Source: Asterias rubens (Eukaryota). From it: a stretch of 64,000 bases of DNA. Shown piece after piece: positions 38,301 through 63,052 of the stretch (its first letter is position 1; each line of letters begins with the position of its first letter). The stretch is from positions 16,430,001 to 16,494,000 of the forward strand of contig NC_047073.1 in assembly GCF_902459465.1 (NCBI RefSeq). Direction: 5' to 3'. The notes under the pieces were generated by a model that searched no databases, was not told the DNA's origin, and saw only the letters and a list, made by a program, of their open reading frames with translations. The position numbers were made by a program, and so were the translations under genes.

Positions 38301-40045
38301 TAAAACTTGAATTTCCTCATTGTCTTCTTTCTTCTTGTTTGGCTTTAATTTATAACCAAATCCATAAATAATCCATTTATAACCTAATCAAAAAGGTATA
38401 CTCATGTAAATTATTATTATTTTGTTCATTTAGTTTTAGTTTGCAAATATATTTCCCGCCAACGCAATCAAGAGTCCAGTGGGTATTTCAAGCCATGTTT
38501 AATCTCTAATTCTTACGACTGACTCTCTCTAAGTCTTTAATATTAACTCACCCTTGTGAAGACTCTATACGTGATGTAAGTATCAATCTTAAAGACATGT
38601 TTCTGAAAGTCATCAACAGTGATAAAGAGATCTTTGATGTCTGGATCCTCTTCCAGCTTGAGGGAACCCATTAAGGCTGTGGTTGAAGCGTTGGTGTTGG
38701 AGGTCGAAGACGGAGCACGGATAACCTGGGGGAGGCGGAGGTCAAAAAATTTTTGTTAGGTTTGAAGTTAGGACTCAAACATTTTAAAAAATTAGATATT
38801 AGATTTAGATTAGATTTATTTGTTCATCATGTAAACATGAAAAGTGTTTTCACAGTCATAAAAAACACTCATTAAAACAGCCACAAAAAACAGACAATAT
38901 AAAAAACAATTATAAAAATACAATCAAAAGTAGGTAATTAAAACAGCCAACATTCAAATCAGTAAGAAAGTAGGTAATTAAAACAGCCAACATTCAAATC
39001 AGTAAGAAAGTAGATAATTAAAACAGCCAACATTCAAATCAGTAAGAAAGTAGATAATTAAAAATATTTACATCCCCACATGCCCCCTTAAAAACCTATC
39101 TAAAAAAAAAGAGTTGTTGTACCGTCTGACATGTCAGATGGCCGATGGGAGAAAGGAATTAATTCACCCGAGGGTTTCTGATTCTTCCTGATCTGTTAAT
39201 TACTAGAGTGAAGAGGGTGATCATTCTCAGACACACGGTGAGGAATTTCTTACCTAGGGCGCTATTGCATTTATAAGGAATTTCACTGCTTAACATCAGC
39301 ACCGGACAAATTTCCGTATGGCGCCACCACTTTTTCATTGGATATGAAATAATATAGTATCATTCTAATTTACCTCAATGAGATATCCCTTTTTGTAAAA
39401 ATGAGTGAAAAAGTGGTGGCGCCATATGGAAAGTTATCCTCAGCACCAACCAACCTGCTTGAATTTTAATCGGCAGTCCATAAAATAAAAACCATTAAAT
39501 TTTATTATGGATTCTGAGTCTGACTGCCGATGAAAATTCAATGATTTTTTCAAATGTTTTATTTGTTAATTGTTGAGTAAATTTTCGGAAACGACCATAA
39601 CAAATGAAAAAAAGTGTTGTCAGGATACATAAATGTTCCCCCACTTAATTAAACTAAAATTAAAAACATAGGTATTAGTTTCTCAGTTTCCAGAAGTACT
39701 CAAGTCAAACTGGAAAAACTCAAAGCCCCGCCCCTCCCGAGTCCCTTTATGGCCATGATGGCCAACCCGTCTAGTGCGTGGTCTACCGCAGTAGACGTGC
39801 ATTGTCTGCATTAATAAAATGTCAACAAACTTCGGTTACGCGATCCAGCGATTAAACATCTGCTTAAAGGACTACCAAAGCAGTCTTGGTAAATCTAAAC
39901 ATATCAAAATTTTCCTTACAGCAATAATGTCCTCTTCGTCATCTGTTTCAGAGGATACAGGGATTTGCAATGGATCTATAGTCCCTTCTCGTACGTTATT
40001 AGTCGTACCTTCTCCCTCTGCTTCGTCCGCCATGTTTGCTGACAT
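26236..40045 (-). CDS. SNX30: Sorting nexin, SNX7/SNX30 subfamily (PX-BAR), 11 coding exons, about 486 aa
   Basis: Exons 39920-40045, 38552-38725, 37915-38025, 36765-36923, 34612-34807, 33713-33843, 31590-31658, 31250-31336, 28698-28802, 27116-27268 and 26236-26385 (1461 nt, all GT-AG, in frame). PX motifs [38 protein letters not shown]; BAR motifs [40 protein letters not shown]30 is preferred over SNX7 partly because of the INIP adjacency. The start could be ATG 40045 or 40033. Confidence 0.93.
27116..27268 (-). CDS. SNX30: SNX7/30 exon 10
   Basis: [51 protein letters not shown]|gtagga. Confidence 0.95.
28698..28802 (-). CDS. SNX30: SNX7/30 exon 9
   Basis: [35 protein letters not shown]; ttcag...gtacct boundaries. 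Confidence 0.88.
30186..30342. mobile_element. About 160-bp MITE family with CAGGCCTGGAATTTCA-type TIRs
   Basis: aggcctggaatt...aattccaggcctg. Copies or variants at about 5199-5359, 8594-8715, 13410-13600, 23920-24070, 28940-29120, 30944-31053, 35035-35190 and 49975-50140. Confidence 0.75.
31250..31336 (-). CDS. SNX30: SNX7/30 exon 8
   Basis: [29 protein letters not shown]|gtaagt. Confidence 0.94.
31590..31658 (-). CDS. SNX30: SNX7/30 exon 7
   Basis: [23 protein letters not shown]|gtagga. Confidence 0.94.
32080..32116 (-). ncRNA. Minimal type I hammerhead-like motif at the PLE 3' end (non-canonical left core)
   Basis: CCTTCGAGAAA-GACTC-TGCTA-GGGTC-GAAAC-GTC-AGG: stem II, GAAAC, GUC triplet and CCT/AGG stem I are present, but CUGANGA is replaced. 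Confidence 0.6.
32413..33603 (-). CDS. PLE reverse transcriptase (C-terminal part) plus GIY-YIG endonuclease, N-terminally truncated
   Basis: About 396 codons without a stop from the first element-encoded ATG. The RT N-terminal motifs are lost at the insertion junction. Confidence 0.9.
   Translation of the reverse strand: MAPSMACLFMSHLEQRMLASAPCRPWVWWRYIDDIFFIWTSDEASLKAFINHINSFHRTIKFTSEYSTKDTHFLDVKVLKTDVGLTTDLFVKPTDKHQYLHSTSCHPRHCKTSIAYSQALRLRRICSNDSDFIHHSQELKKHLVSRGHSSLAVHRAIQKVKARSRESVLSKGPKKQQSPTGKVPFVVTFHPSLPPIRKITSSNHHILHTSDRLQRAVQEEPIVAYRRPPSLRDLIVRAEVPPINDDVNPPLPQGTFRCSNISKCIVCRQHIRESDSFTSNTGGTTHKTRGHVTCTTTNLIYLISCRVCGVQYIGETRTTLKRRFYGHRSTVKTQKLDTPVGHHFNLPNHSISDMILQGIEALGNHRETVRLSREKLWIRRLQTIQPHGLNIQEGND
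33713..33843 (-). CDS. SNX30: SNX7/30 exon 6
   Basis: [43 protein letters not shown]|gtaagt. Confidence 0.94.
34011..34156. repeat. 70-bp tandem duplication
   Basis: agaatcgagtaggcttacagg...ggttctgaac repeated at 34011 and 34081. Confidence 0.9.
34371..34574. repeat. 34-bp x6 tandem array derived from a SINE 5' head
   Basis: Unit aagaaaccactgagccaacctgtagaatcagggc; continuous with the reverse SINE at 34240-34405. Confidence 0.92.
34612..34807 (-). CDS. SNX30: SNX7/30 exon 5
   Basis: [17 protein letters not shown]...KNRSPEF...[13 protein letters not shown]; tttag...gttagt boundaries. Confidence 0.93.
34869..35033. mobile_element. Harbinger-like MITE (gtcgatttcac...gtgaaatcg termini)
   Basis: Inverted termini. 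Related copies at about 4820-4980, 26470-26585, 28050-28170 and 31360-31465. Confidence 0.65.
36765..36923 (-). CDS. SNX30: SNX7/30 exon 4
   Basis: [53 protein letters not shown]. Confidence 0.96.
37312..37692. mobile_element. TTAA MITE family A copy (SNX intron 3)
   Basis: Reverse-orientation copy of the 7891-8280 family; short terminal duplication at about 37677-37717. Confidence 0.75.
37915..38025 (-). CDS. SNX30: SNX7/30 exon 3
   Basis: [37 protein letters not shown]; canonical splice sites. Confidence 0.96.
38552..38725 (-). CDS. SNX30: SNX7/30 exon 2
   Basis: ccccag...gtgagt boundaries; [30 protein letters not shown]. Confidence 0.95.
38927..39063. repeat. 40-bp x3.4 tandem repeat
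   Basis: Unit aaagtaggtaattaaaacagccaacattcaaatcagtaag. Confidence 0.92.
39316..39435. mobile_element. Short palindromic MITE in SNX intron 1
   Basis: ttccgtatggcgccaccactttttca / tgaaaaagtggtggcgccatatggaa inverted repeat. Confidence 0.7.
39920..40045 (-). CDS. SNX30: SNX7/30 exon 1
   Basis: ccaccATG (40045) or aacATGG (40033); [13 protein letters not shown]...EEDIIA|gtaagg. Confidence 0.82.
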
Positions 40046-40367
40046 GGTGGAAATCTGCTGCCTCGATCCCACGTTTTAAAAACAAGTTTCCATAAATAAT
40101 TAGTTTTCTTCAAAAAACCTTAGTAAATTAAAAAATAAATAACAGTTTTACTGTTTTAAATTAAAATTTAATGTTATTATTATACTTATATTTTAAATTT
40201 ATATATATACTTAAGTTACCTTTAAAATGAGTATGACACAAGTGAGTGTTGTATTTTTCTTGATTTAGTTTTGGTGTGTTTGGTTTGACTTTTGATGTGT
40301 ACGTATTTTTCTGTGTTTTTCGTGTTTCTTTGCGAGTGAAACTAACCATTGTCAATAAAGAGCAGGT
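40046..40367. promoter_or_regulatory. Putative bidirectional promoter shared by SNX7/30 and INIP
   Basis: 322 bp between divergent ATGs. A YY1-consensus CCGCCATGTT at 40027-40036 overlaps the second SNX ATG, and a GC box ccccgcccc lies at about 39726. Confidence 0.65.
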
Positions 40368-40398
40368 ATGGCGGCTCCTGGTGCAAGTACAGGGCAAG
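40368..40398 (+). CDS. INIP: INIP coding exon 1
   Basis: ATGGCGGCTCCTGGTGCAAGTACAGGGCAAG|gttagg; MAAPGASTGQ resembles human MAANSSGQG. Confidence 0.85.
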
Positions 40399-42509
40399 GT
40401 TAGGATACTTTCAAATGATATAAAGACAATAATAAGTTGATTGCAATATTTGATGGACATTGTTATTAATTTATGTTAATGTTGTTGATGTTAACAAACA
40501 AATACAAAATATTATTACATTGTCATTATAACCACAGGTTTTCCTGTTGTGTCTGGTTTATCATTCAATTTTTGTTTACTTAGCCCTGATCCAATCAGAC
40601 TGCTTTTCTTAATGATATGTGTAGAGATGAATACCGGAGCCTTCTTCCTTGATGAACAATGTATTAATCCTGTAATTGGCGATTATCTAGTGTTCAATAG
40701 CTGATAATCGTAACCCTCCATCCATCCAACGAGGAGATCGGAGGGGTCCGTTGGGAGGACGGAGGAATAAGATTATCGCAACTAGTGTATCACAACTAAT
40801 CGGCCATCTAATGTACAATTTATTTTTAGTTTAATTACGATCAAACGTGTGCAGATTCAGTTCTTATGTTCATAGAGTAAGGACAGAGATACGTTGATCC
40901 AGAAATCATTGAATTTAAAATACTGTTTACCTTATAATAGTATGTTTGTAATTGTTTCATCTTTCCTTGGTACAGAGCAGCAGAATCGCTTGAAGATCTT
41001 AGAAGATCTACAGCAGCAGAAGAAGAGACTACAGATGCAGACAAATAGCACCACACCTGGGTGAGGCTTCAGATTGACTCGAGAACTGAATGGTTCAGTA
41101 ATGTCTTCACATGTTGATTTGTCATGGTGAACTTTGAGTGTCAATGTTAAAGTCCTAGTTGGAGTTAGACCTAGTAACTGGGGCTCTGTTGTAAATTTTA
41201 ACAATTTGGACATTTTCATCTTCGTACTAGATGCAAATGTCCAAATTTAAAAAAATTAGTAGGCCTACAGAGCCCCAGTTACTGGGTCTAAGTTGGCTAT
41301 TACTATTTGCAATATAAATCGTAACCCTCCATCCTTCCGACTGTCGGGATGATGGAGGGAATTACGATCATCGCAACTAAAGCTACCTGAACTGCATGCC
41401 AAAGGAAAACTCACTTCAATATAAAATGATGACATCTAATTTTCATATAGTCCTATTGGTAATAAATGTCATGGTTTTAAACAGTTTCTTAATTATTGTT
41501 TAACCAACTTGCAGGGCTCCACTGCCAGCAACACAGGCAAGACCTAAGGATGGAATATTGAGTGGAACGGTCAGTATTTAACCTTGGATGAAACTCTCTC
41601 AAAGGATTTATGTACAGTCAGACAGCCTTAGAGCCTTGTCACATGAGGCAATTGCGACAGCCAACTTACATTGACAAAGAAAATAATGGGAAAGCCCCCT
41701 TATAATAGATTTTCATTAATTTTGAAATGTCAGGTTTTGGACTTAGAGATCAAAACATTTTGTTTAACTCATTCCTCAAAAACTTTAGCATTTGTTAAGA
41801 GTATTTCAAGGGAAGTTCCCCACCATGACTGTCTCTATAATATTTAAGTTATGCGCAAATCTGTGAACATTAATACATTTGTTTCTATCCTACCAATGTT
41901 ATGCACACCTTTTAACCATTGATTTGTGATAATGCCCAACAGAACAGGGGGCCTACTGAAACCAGAAATCTAGATGCAAGACAAAGACAAGCTTTACAGG
42001 TAAAATGATAAAAATTCTTACAAAACAGATGGGTCAGGGTGGTCACGTTGGTGTAGTGGTGCTCGCCTTGCCTTCCACCTCTGGGACCCGGTTCGAATCT
42101 CAACAGGGGCACTATTGGGTTTTCAGTCCCTAATTGACTGCCTGGGTTTTCCCCTGGAATAATTCTCCGAGGTTTTCCTCCCACTTCTAAAACTGAAAGT
42201 TCTTCATCATCTTCTCTTCTCATTTTGCTTTATTAATTAGAATGCTGAGAATATTTATCCAGATCCAGAAACTTGGTTCAATCACAGCCTTTATTTAAGG
42301 CGGTGGCCTTAGTCCACAATTTGGGTCCACCATTATTTTCAGGTGATCCACGTGAATGGTTGGTCATACATTTTTAACCTAATTAATTATTTAATTTTCC
42401 ATTTCTATTTCAGCATGCAAATTCCAATTCCTCTGCTTTCTTCATCACCCAAGACTCGTCATTTGGAAACCTCATCCTACCAGTCATCCCAAGACTTCCA
42501 GCAGAATGA
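40368..42509 (+). CDS. INIP: SOSS complex subunit C (INTS3- and NABP-interacting protein), 5 coding exons, 107 aa
   Basis: Exons 40368-40398, 40976-41060, 41515-41569, 41943-41999 and 42414-42509 (324 nt, all GT-AG) give MAAPGASTGQEQQNRLKILEDLQQQKKRLQMQTNSTTPGAPLPATQARPKDGILSGTNRGPTETRNLDARQRQALQHANSNSSAFFITQDSSFGNLILPVIPRLPAE*. The C-terminus matches the SOSS-C signature FITQDSxFGNLILPVxPR. Confidence 0.95.
40976..41060 (+). CDS. INIP: INIP coding exon 2
   Basis: tacag...gtgagg boundaries; QQNRLKILEDLQQQKKRLQMQ. Confidence 0.93.
41515..41569 (+). CDS. INIP: INIP coding exon 3
   Basis: ttgcag...gtcagt boundaries; phase-compatible; APLPATQARPKDGILSGT. Confidence 0.75.
41943..41999 (+). CDS. 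INIP: INIP coding exon 4
   Basis: caacag...gtaaaa boundaries; NRGPTETRNLDARQRQALQ (human QQKAALQ). Confidence 0.88.
42036..42225 (+). mobile_element. tRNA-derived SINE with a V/Meta-SINE-like core
   Basis: A-box-like TGGTGTAGTGG, B-box-like GGTTCGAATC, core ctgcctgggttttccc...ggttttcctcccac. Copies at about 38165-38340 (+), 15535-15680 (-) and 34240-34405 (-). Confidence 0.75.
42414..42509 (+). CDS. INIP: INIP last coding exon
   Basis: tttctatttcag acceptor; HANSNSSAFFITQDSSFGNLILPVIPRLPAE*. Confidence 0.96.
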   Translation, partial: HANSNSSAFFITQDSSFGNLILPVIPRLPAE

Positions 42510-44852
42510 AGCCCTCCTCAAAAAGACTTAAAGAAACCTGCATGTCTTATCTACATGTTAGCCAGAATAAAGATCAAATGCTGGCCGGACTTATAAATGA
42601 TGAACTTCATTATGTTCCAGTAAAAGTGAGACTTGCATTTTTCTCCGGACTTAGTATGCAGCTACTTGGAAAATGGTTCCAAATCTTTCAAAATCATATT
42701 GCGGAAATTGTTTGACTTTGTAGGATTTAACTGCAAGCCAAACTGTTGAAAAAGGCTCATCAAGCTTACACAAGTTGAGTTTCCATAGAGGACTTTGGAG
42801 GTTAATGATATTAAGCAAAAGATAAAGTGACTGTGCCGAGACATCTTTGCAAGTGTTTCTGGTAATATAGTAAGATTCGTCAACAACGGTCTCCTCGATT
42901 TTGTCATAAGGGAAAGAAGACTACAGCAAGCCTGTCAAAACTTAAGACAAAATAAAACAGTTCTTTCGAGACCCAACACTTATTCCAAAGAGAGACTTTT
43001 CCACACGGTACAAGTGCACATACACACAATCATTGCGTCACTCATCTGCTTACAAGACCTGCCAGCAAATTTAAAGTGCCTTTTGCTTTGCTGTGGTAAG
43101 CACAACTACTGCCAGTAGCCGCTCATTAGAAAATGTCTACTTACAGGGCTTATGAAACTAGCCCCAGACTGACCTCGGAGGTACCGATCTCATCAAAATT
43201 AAAAATGCTGACGGATTTTGATGGATTGAGTAAAGGTTGTGTTAAGAGTTCAATAAAAGAACAAAATCAACTCAAGAACTGGTTCATGCCATGTATTTTG
43301 TTAACTTTTTTTTTTGTCTCAGTGAAGTAAACAACAATGTTTACAAATAACGGAAAGCACAATGAACATCAGTATGTGTTGTTAATATTAGAGAGGGTTC
43401 TCAAGTCTACGGATACATCAACACTTTGTGTGTTCACTTGATGAGTAACCATGGTGATTATGTTTCCCAAGTTAATCATGGATACCAGTGTTACATCCAT
43501 ACACATAAAAAGAGAAATTAATATTGTTTTGTCCAGGATTAACATTTCTCCCTAAATTGTCGTTTTTGGTATTATCCATGATACAGTGTGTAAAGAAAGA
43601 TACATTACGTATCATCTTGGCCGTATATTCAAGTGCAATGGTTAGTACTTCATTCACTCCCCATGCTTAGCCATGTTGAATGCTAGTGCCCGCAAGTGTC
43701 TCACAAATCTACGATTGGGAAACCAAATTGACACGTGTGTTTCAGTAATGGTTATCATATCTGTATATGTATCCATAGACTTGGGAAAACCTCTCCTAAG
43801 TGGGATTTGACTTTGGTAGTTAAAGGCTCATGTACACAAGAAATCAAGATGGATGAATGTACTACACCCTAGCAGGGGAAATCATTTTGAACCCAAGATG
43901 GTTCACAAAGCCCGGTTTATACTTTATGCAAACGCAATAAATTGTATGCGTTACTTCCCACTAGCAAGACCATTTTGCTTCACTTTCACATTTTGCAACA
44001 AGTATGGACTGGGCACAATAATAACTTTGGAGGCTAAACAGTGAAGGATATAGGTACAACATGGTAGAGCCACAGGCACCTTTGGCAGCCAGCCATATCG
44101 ACCCATTTATGACCACAGAGCACAGCCTGAGATAGAATGTGTGTGATTCCCCCCTAAAGGGCATTAGGAAAAACCCATAGGAGTGAACCAACGCACTACC
44201 CTACTCCAGGGATGAGATTGTTCAGACTTTTGGCTGAATTCAGACTTGTTATGTCGGCCTGGTGAAGAAAATCAGGCAATATTTTGTTCCACACATAAAG
44301 AAACCCTGCTCATTGGTCTACTTCTCTAGTGCTTTGGATACTGTTTCCAAAAGCTCCTTGGAATCTATAACTATTCAACTCAAAACACTGAAAAACAAGT
44401 GATTAAATTATGCGCTCAGTGTCAAAAAGTAGCAAAAGTATATAACTATCAAAATCTGAATTAAAACAGGGAAAATAATTTTAACATCAAAACAACAAAA
44501 ATTCAGTGCACTTCTCTTTGGTTCGAGTCTTCCAGGTGTTCATTAAAGGCACTGGATACGTTTGGTATCAACAACTCTCCATTTCTCTTTACCGAGTTAG
44601 TTTTTATGCTAACAATTACTTTAAGTAATTACCAAAATTATTGTCCAGTGTCTTTAAGGGTATGCCCACTTTCACAATGATGATATCGACGGACACTTTA
44701 AGTTCTTCAGGTCATTTCTTTCAACCATAATCCCAAGAAGGTACATGTATTTACAGACAGCTCTTGCTATGGACAACAAGATCAACAAAATAATGCATTT
44801 AATGCAAAACCATCTATCATCTGCCCGTCCAAACATAATTCCTCTACATCTG

Positions 44853-45048
44853 GGCCCAATTTCATAGAGCTGCTTAAAAGCACAATAAGTAGCTAAGCGA
44901 AACTAAATTATGCTTACCAAAATATGGTTACCAGCCAAAATGCAATTTCAAGTGTACAATCTGTGACTGGTACCCTGCTTTTTTTGCTAACCACAAAAAA
45001 TTTGTAAGCACTTTTTTTCTGCTTATGCAGCTCTATTAGATTGGGCCC
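44853..45048. mobile_element. Harbinger-like MITE (GGGCCCAATTTCAT termini)
   Basis: gggcccaatttcatagagctgc...gcagctctattagattgggccc. Related termini at about 23178-23420, 26880-27095 and 29610-29725. Confidence 0.7.
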
Positions 45049-48000
45049 TGTTGCACCTTGATGCGTGTAGCACGATCAGGTATACAGAATAACCCCATCT
45101 TCACACTCTGAACCAACAATTTTATTTTATAGTACACTACACAGCTGCGTCTGAAAGATGAAAATAAAGTATTTATCTCTTAACCAAATATATATAGTGA
45201 CGAGACATTAACATTTATAACAAACACACATCATCTCACAAACTCTGACAATTCTAAAAACAATCTTTTTGGAATTACAGTTGTCCAGGCGTATTTAACC
45301 CTTGTTTTCATATGGTTTATTTTAAGACGCTAGGGAACAACCAATGTACTGGTTCATTCGTAAAAAGTTGACAACAGAAAACCTGTTAGATCTCAATGTA
45401 TTGGGCAGAGGAAAACAATTATCATAAAATCTACAACCCTTGAATAAAAATAAATAGTCTATTGTGATTTTGGTCGCTCATTGCTGCCTGATATCACAAC
45501 TAAATGCAACGCATTTAAAGTATTCACAAAAAATCATATCAAAGCAACCCAAAAAATCTGTAAAAAAATATTAAGTACACAAAATAAATGCATTTCATTG
45601 CTAGTTGGAAAGTTGTTTATGTTGTGGCCATGACTTTGTCTAGATCCCAATTTGTAGATAGTCAGATGAATACAATTGAGAGTTCACTTTGTAGGCATCA
45701 GACAATTCTTTGACAACACTGTTTTTCAGCTGCACCATTTCTGAAATTTCCAAAAGAAGTGAAGTACATGTATGTATTCTTGCTGCTGCATATTTAGTAC
45801 TCATTTCAAAGTGTAACAGAATATAGCCTTAAAAACTACGTTTTGGGGTTGCATACTGGAATATTTCAATACATCAAACTTCTCTGTTCAAATATTTTGA
45901 AGAAACTTAGCTTCAAGGAAGATCATTAGACACCATTCCTAAGATTTCAGTATTTTTCTCTGAGCGAACATGAACATTGAGTAATAAGAGACTGTCTATT
46001 TATCCATCATCTTTGGGGAAAAATGGGCCTTTTTTATTTGTTTGTCTTCGAGTAGTAATCACAGGTTTAAGGAATAAGCCATTTTTTGTGAGTTAGATTT
46101 GAAAACATCCCCTACAATCACTTGTCTAGTCACAAGTTAGTCTCTGGGTATATTGTAAATGTATTTTGTTTTGTAATGTTATGGCAAATAAAATAGTAAT
46201 AATAACAATAATGACAGTTGCTTTGTCAAATGGTTCTGGAAAGCCTTAGCTCTCACCAGATGAGCAACCCTGGGGCCGATTTCACAAAGTAGTCAAAGTA
46301 ACATTCATCACAAGACAAAATTAATTATTATTAAGTATTACCACAGTTCACTACAGTGATTTGTTTTGTGAAGAAACACAACTTTAAGCGACATTAACTT
46401 TAATCTATAACTCGCAAATAGCTTATTCCTCCAATGTAACACTTTAATGATCATATTAAACAAAACCTTCCCCAAAATATGATGACCACTATCTTTGTAA
46501 TCTTTCAGATTCAAAAAGTCAAACGTAATGTCTCTGATCACAATATATGTACTATACTGACAAGCTATATAAACTGGGTGCATGTATGTCAAAGGTATAT
46601 TCAATAACTTTTTAACATTTCAAAAATGCTTTATATAAAACCAAAAATAGTTAACTCTGTTATTTTACACCTATTTATAACAGGTGGTACCAATCAATTT
46701 AATCATATAGGACTACGTCTCAACACATATTAAATCCGACACAACAACAAAATTTACCATTATTTACACCAATACACTGCTCATTGAAAAATGCACATAT
46801 ACCACTTTTTTTTAAACTGTACACTCACAAACCTTTTTACAAAAATTCCCATAAATGGAAATGCACACAACTGTTTAACTTTTTCACCTTTAAAGGGCAT
46901 CACGTCAATTTGTAAAAATCAAAAAGCAACTTTTTTCTTTATAAGTATATACACTTTTTTTCTCCTTTATACAATGTACATTTATATATCAACTTTACAT
47001 CTATCCGAAAAACAGGTAATTTCATGCGTCTTATTTGTACAAAATGTATAAGTTTATAGTTGAGTATTTCTTTAGTAAACGTTTTCAAAACAAAACTGCA
47101 AGTGTGGACTACTCTCTTTACTTTATCCGTTACGAAGACCAAGTTCACATCAAGAATACGGCTGTAGTTGTTGGCCACAGCAACAATGTTGAAGAAGAGA
47201 CCTTTAAGCTCTCGAACCCTAGTCGTAGCCAAAACCATTGAATTAGACATGGCTTAACAGAGCCTCAGCAATAGACCAATCAAACAAGCAACCCCCCCCC
47301 CCAATAGAGCTGACCAATTACAACCTCCAACACCAACCCAGGCCCCCACAGGTCCTACATGTTCAAATGGACCTGTGGCATGGGGCAGAGCAAGACGATA
47401 AGTCGTATGAGATAGGCTTCTTGATGGACAGTTGCTATGGTGAAGGGGGAGGGGGGTGGGGGCAATAGATGTTCTATTTAGGGCTCTCATCCATTCTGAG
47501 CTGTGAGAAATATGGCTGCTGAGTTCTTAGTGATTCTTATTAGTCATTTCTAAAGGAGCACATCTGGAACCCTATTTCAAAGAAATGCTACCCCCCCCCC
47601 CCCTCACATTCAAGTGTAGGACTGAAACAATTGGAGGGGAGGGGTGCTTTAAATCTGAGCCTGGTTTACACTTGAAGTGACTATCAAAACAATTCAATAT
47701 CAAAATTGAGATTCAATGCAAAATAATGGCATAATTTGGGCACAGTTAAACTTTGGCTTATCCTTCATGGATTTAAGGCCATTTTTGAAACCTTTGATAT
47801 GGTTTTTGCTCTGGTAGGCCCAATTATACTGTTTGAAGCCCCATGACAAAAGCATTGCAGGAGCCATAGCCAGAGCCAAAGCCATGGTTTCAAAAGAGGG
47901 CCTCTGACTTTGTCTTGAAGTCAAAGTATAAACCACACCCTATCTGAGTAGCGCATATTGGTTGAGAAACTTCATCCTTTGCACTCTACCATTTGGTCAC

Positions 48001-49261
48001 AGAGTCTTAACAAAAATAATAATGCTGAAATTCTTTTTAAACAAAAAATCACAACATCGGTCTGCATAAGTTTCAGGTAGCTTAACAAAATTAAATAAAA
48101 AATCCTACAAAATAACCTCTCATTTAAGCTTTCCAAATACTGTTTCTTCACGACCGAAACTTTATACTGTGACAATTGTCAAGTAAATATTCCAACAATT
48201 AAAGCAAAGACCTTAGGAGTTTAAAAAAAAAGTTGTTGCTTCACACTCGTGTATCAATGAAAATGTATACTCTGCGTCAATTTGGGTAAGTATTTCTGGC
48301 AATGGTGTGTCTTCTGCCTTAAAAGAAATGTCTTTGCACTTGGCTTCAACATGGTCGCTCAACTCTAAGCCAGCCCAGCAGAGATAAAGCCACAGCCAGG
48401 GATTATAAAAATGACCCTGGCTATTAGTTGATCCAACCAGTAGAAGTTTCATCAACAACCTTCCATGGTGTTTCAAAAACACCTGGGTCATTATTTTCAC
48501 ATAAAAAAAAGGACGCAATCAAATTTCATTGAGTAAGTACTGTTCTAGACCTCCTTTCCCTAGATATATCTTAGGTGAATTGGGGCAATACATAAAAGAT
48601 GTCAACCTTTATCACAATCTATTTTTTTTTTTTTTTTGCTTACCAAATTTGTCACTTAGGCACATACATTGGACCTGTGGCTAAAGGCAGAGGACACCTT
48701 AGTAGTTCTCAAAGACCAGTATTCTCACTTGGTGTATCCCAACATATTCAAAAAATAACAATTGAATTGTCATCGAAGTTACAAGAGAATGATGAAATAA
48801 AAAACACCCTTGTTGCATAAATTTGTGTGTTTTCAGATGCCTTTACAAAAGGCTTCAGGCCTGAAGTCTTTCACTATTTGTGTGAGAAATTACCTCTTTC
48901 TCAAAAACTCTGTTACTTCAGAGGGAGCCATTTCGCACAATGTTTTCTACTATCAAGAGCTCTCTTCTGCTCCTTACCAAGAAAGTTTTTGTGCTAAAAA
49001 CTATTTTGAGTAATTACCAATAGTGTCCAGTGCCTCAAGTTCAATAATGCATGCAACTTTTTTTGCTCAGTTGCAAGAAGCAAAGAAACATCACTTTGAA
49101 TAAAACTACTTTAGTATGATTCTTTGTCGATATTTTGATGTAGATGCTCTGGGTGATATTTTCAATCCAGCGTTGATGTTTTGAAAGGGAAAACAATGCC
49201 CTTCCACTCAGCTGTTGATGATAAGGCAGAAGGTTTCTTTAAGCTCTAGTTGGCTGGTTGT

Positions 49262-63052
<13,791 letters not shown>

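Noticed and set aside
41570-41942. CCTTTTAAC near the INIP intron 3 acceptor as a U12 branch site
   Set aside because: The donor is GTCAGT, not RTATCCTT, and the motif deviates from TTCCTTAAC, so the intron is treated as U2-type.
42506-42910. ORF of 69 aa and downstream protein-like text
   Set aside because: It overlaps the INIP stop codon and is best explained as INIP 3' UTR; it has frequent stops and no motif.
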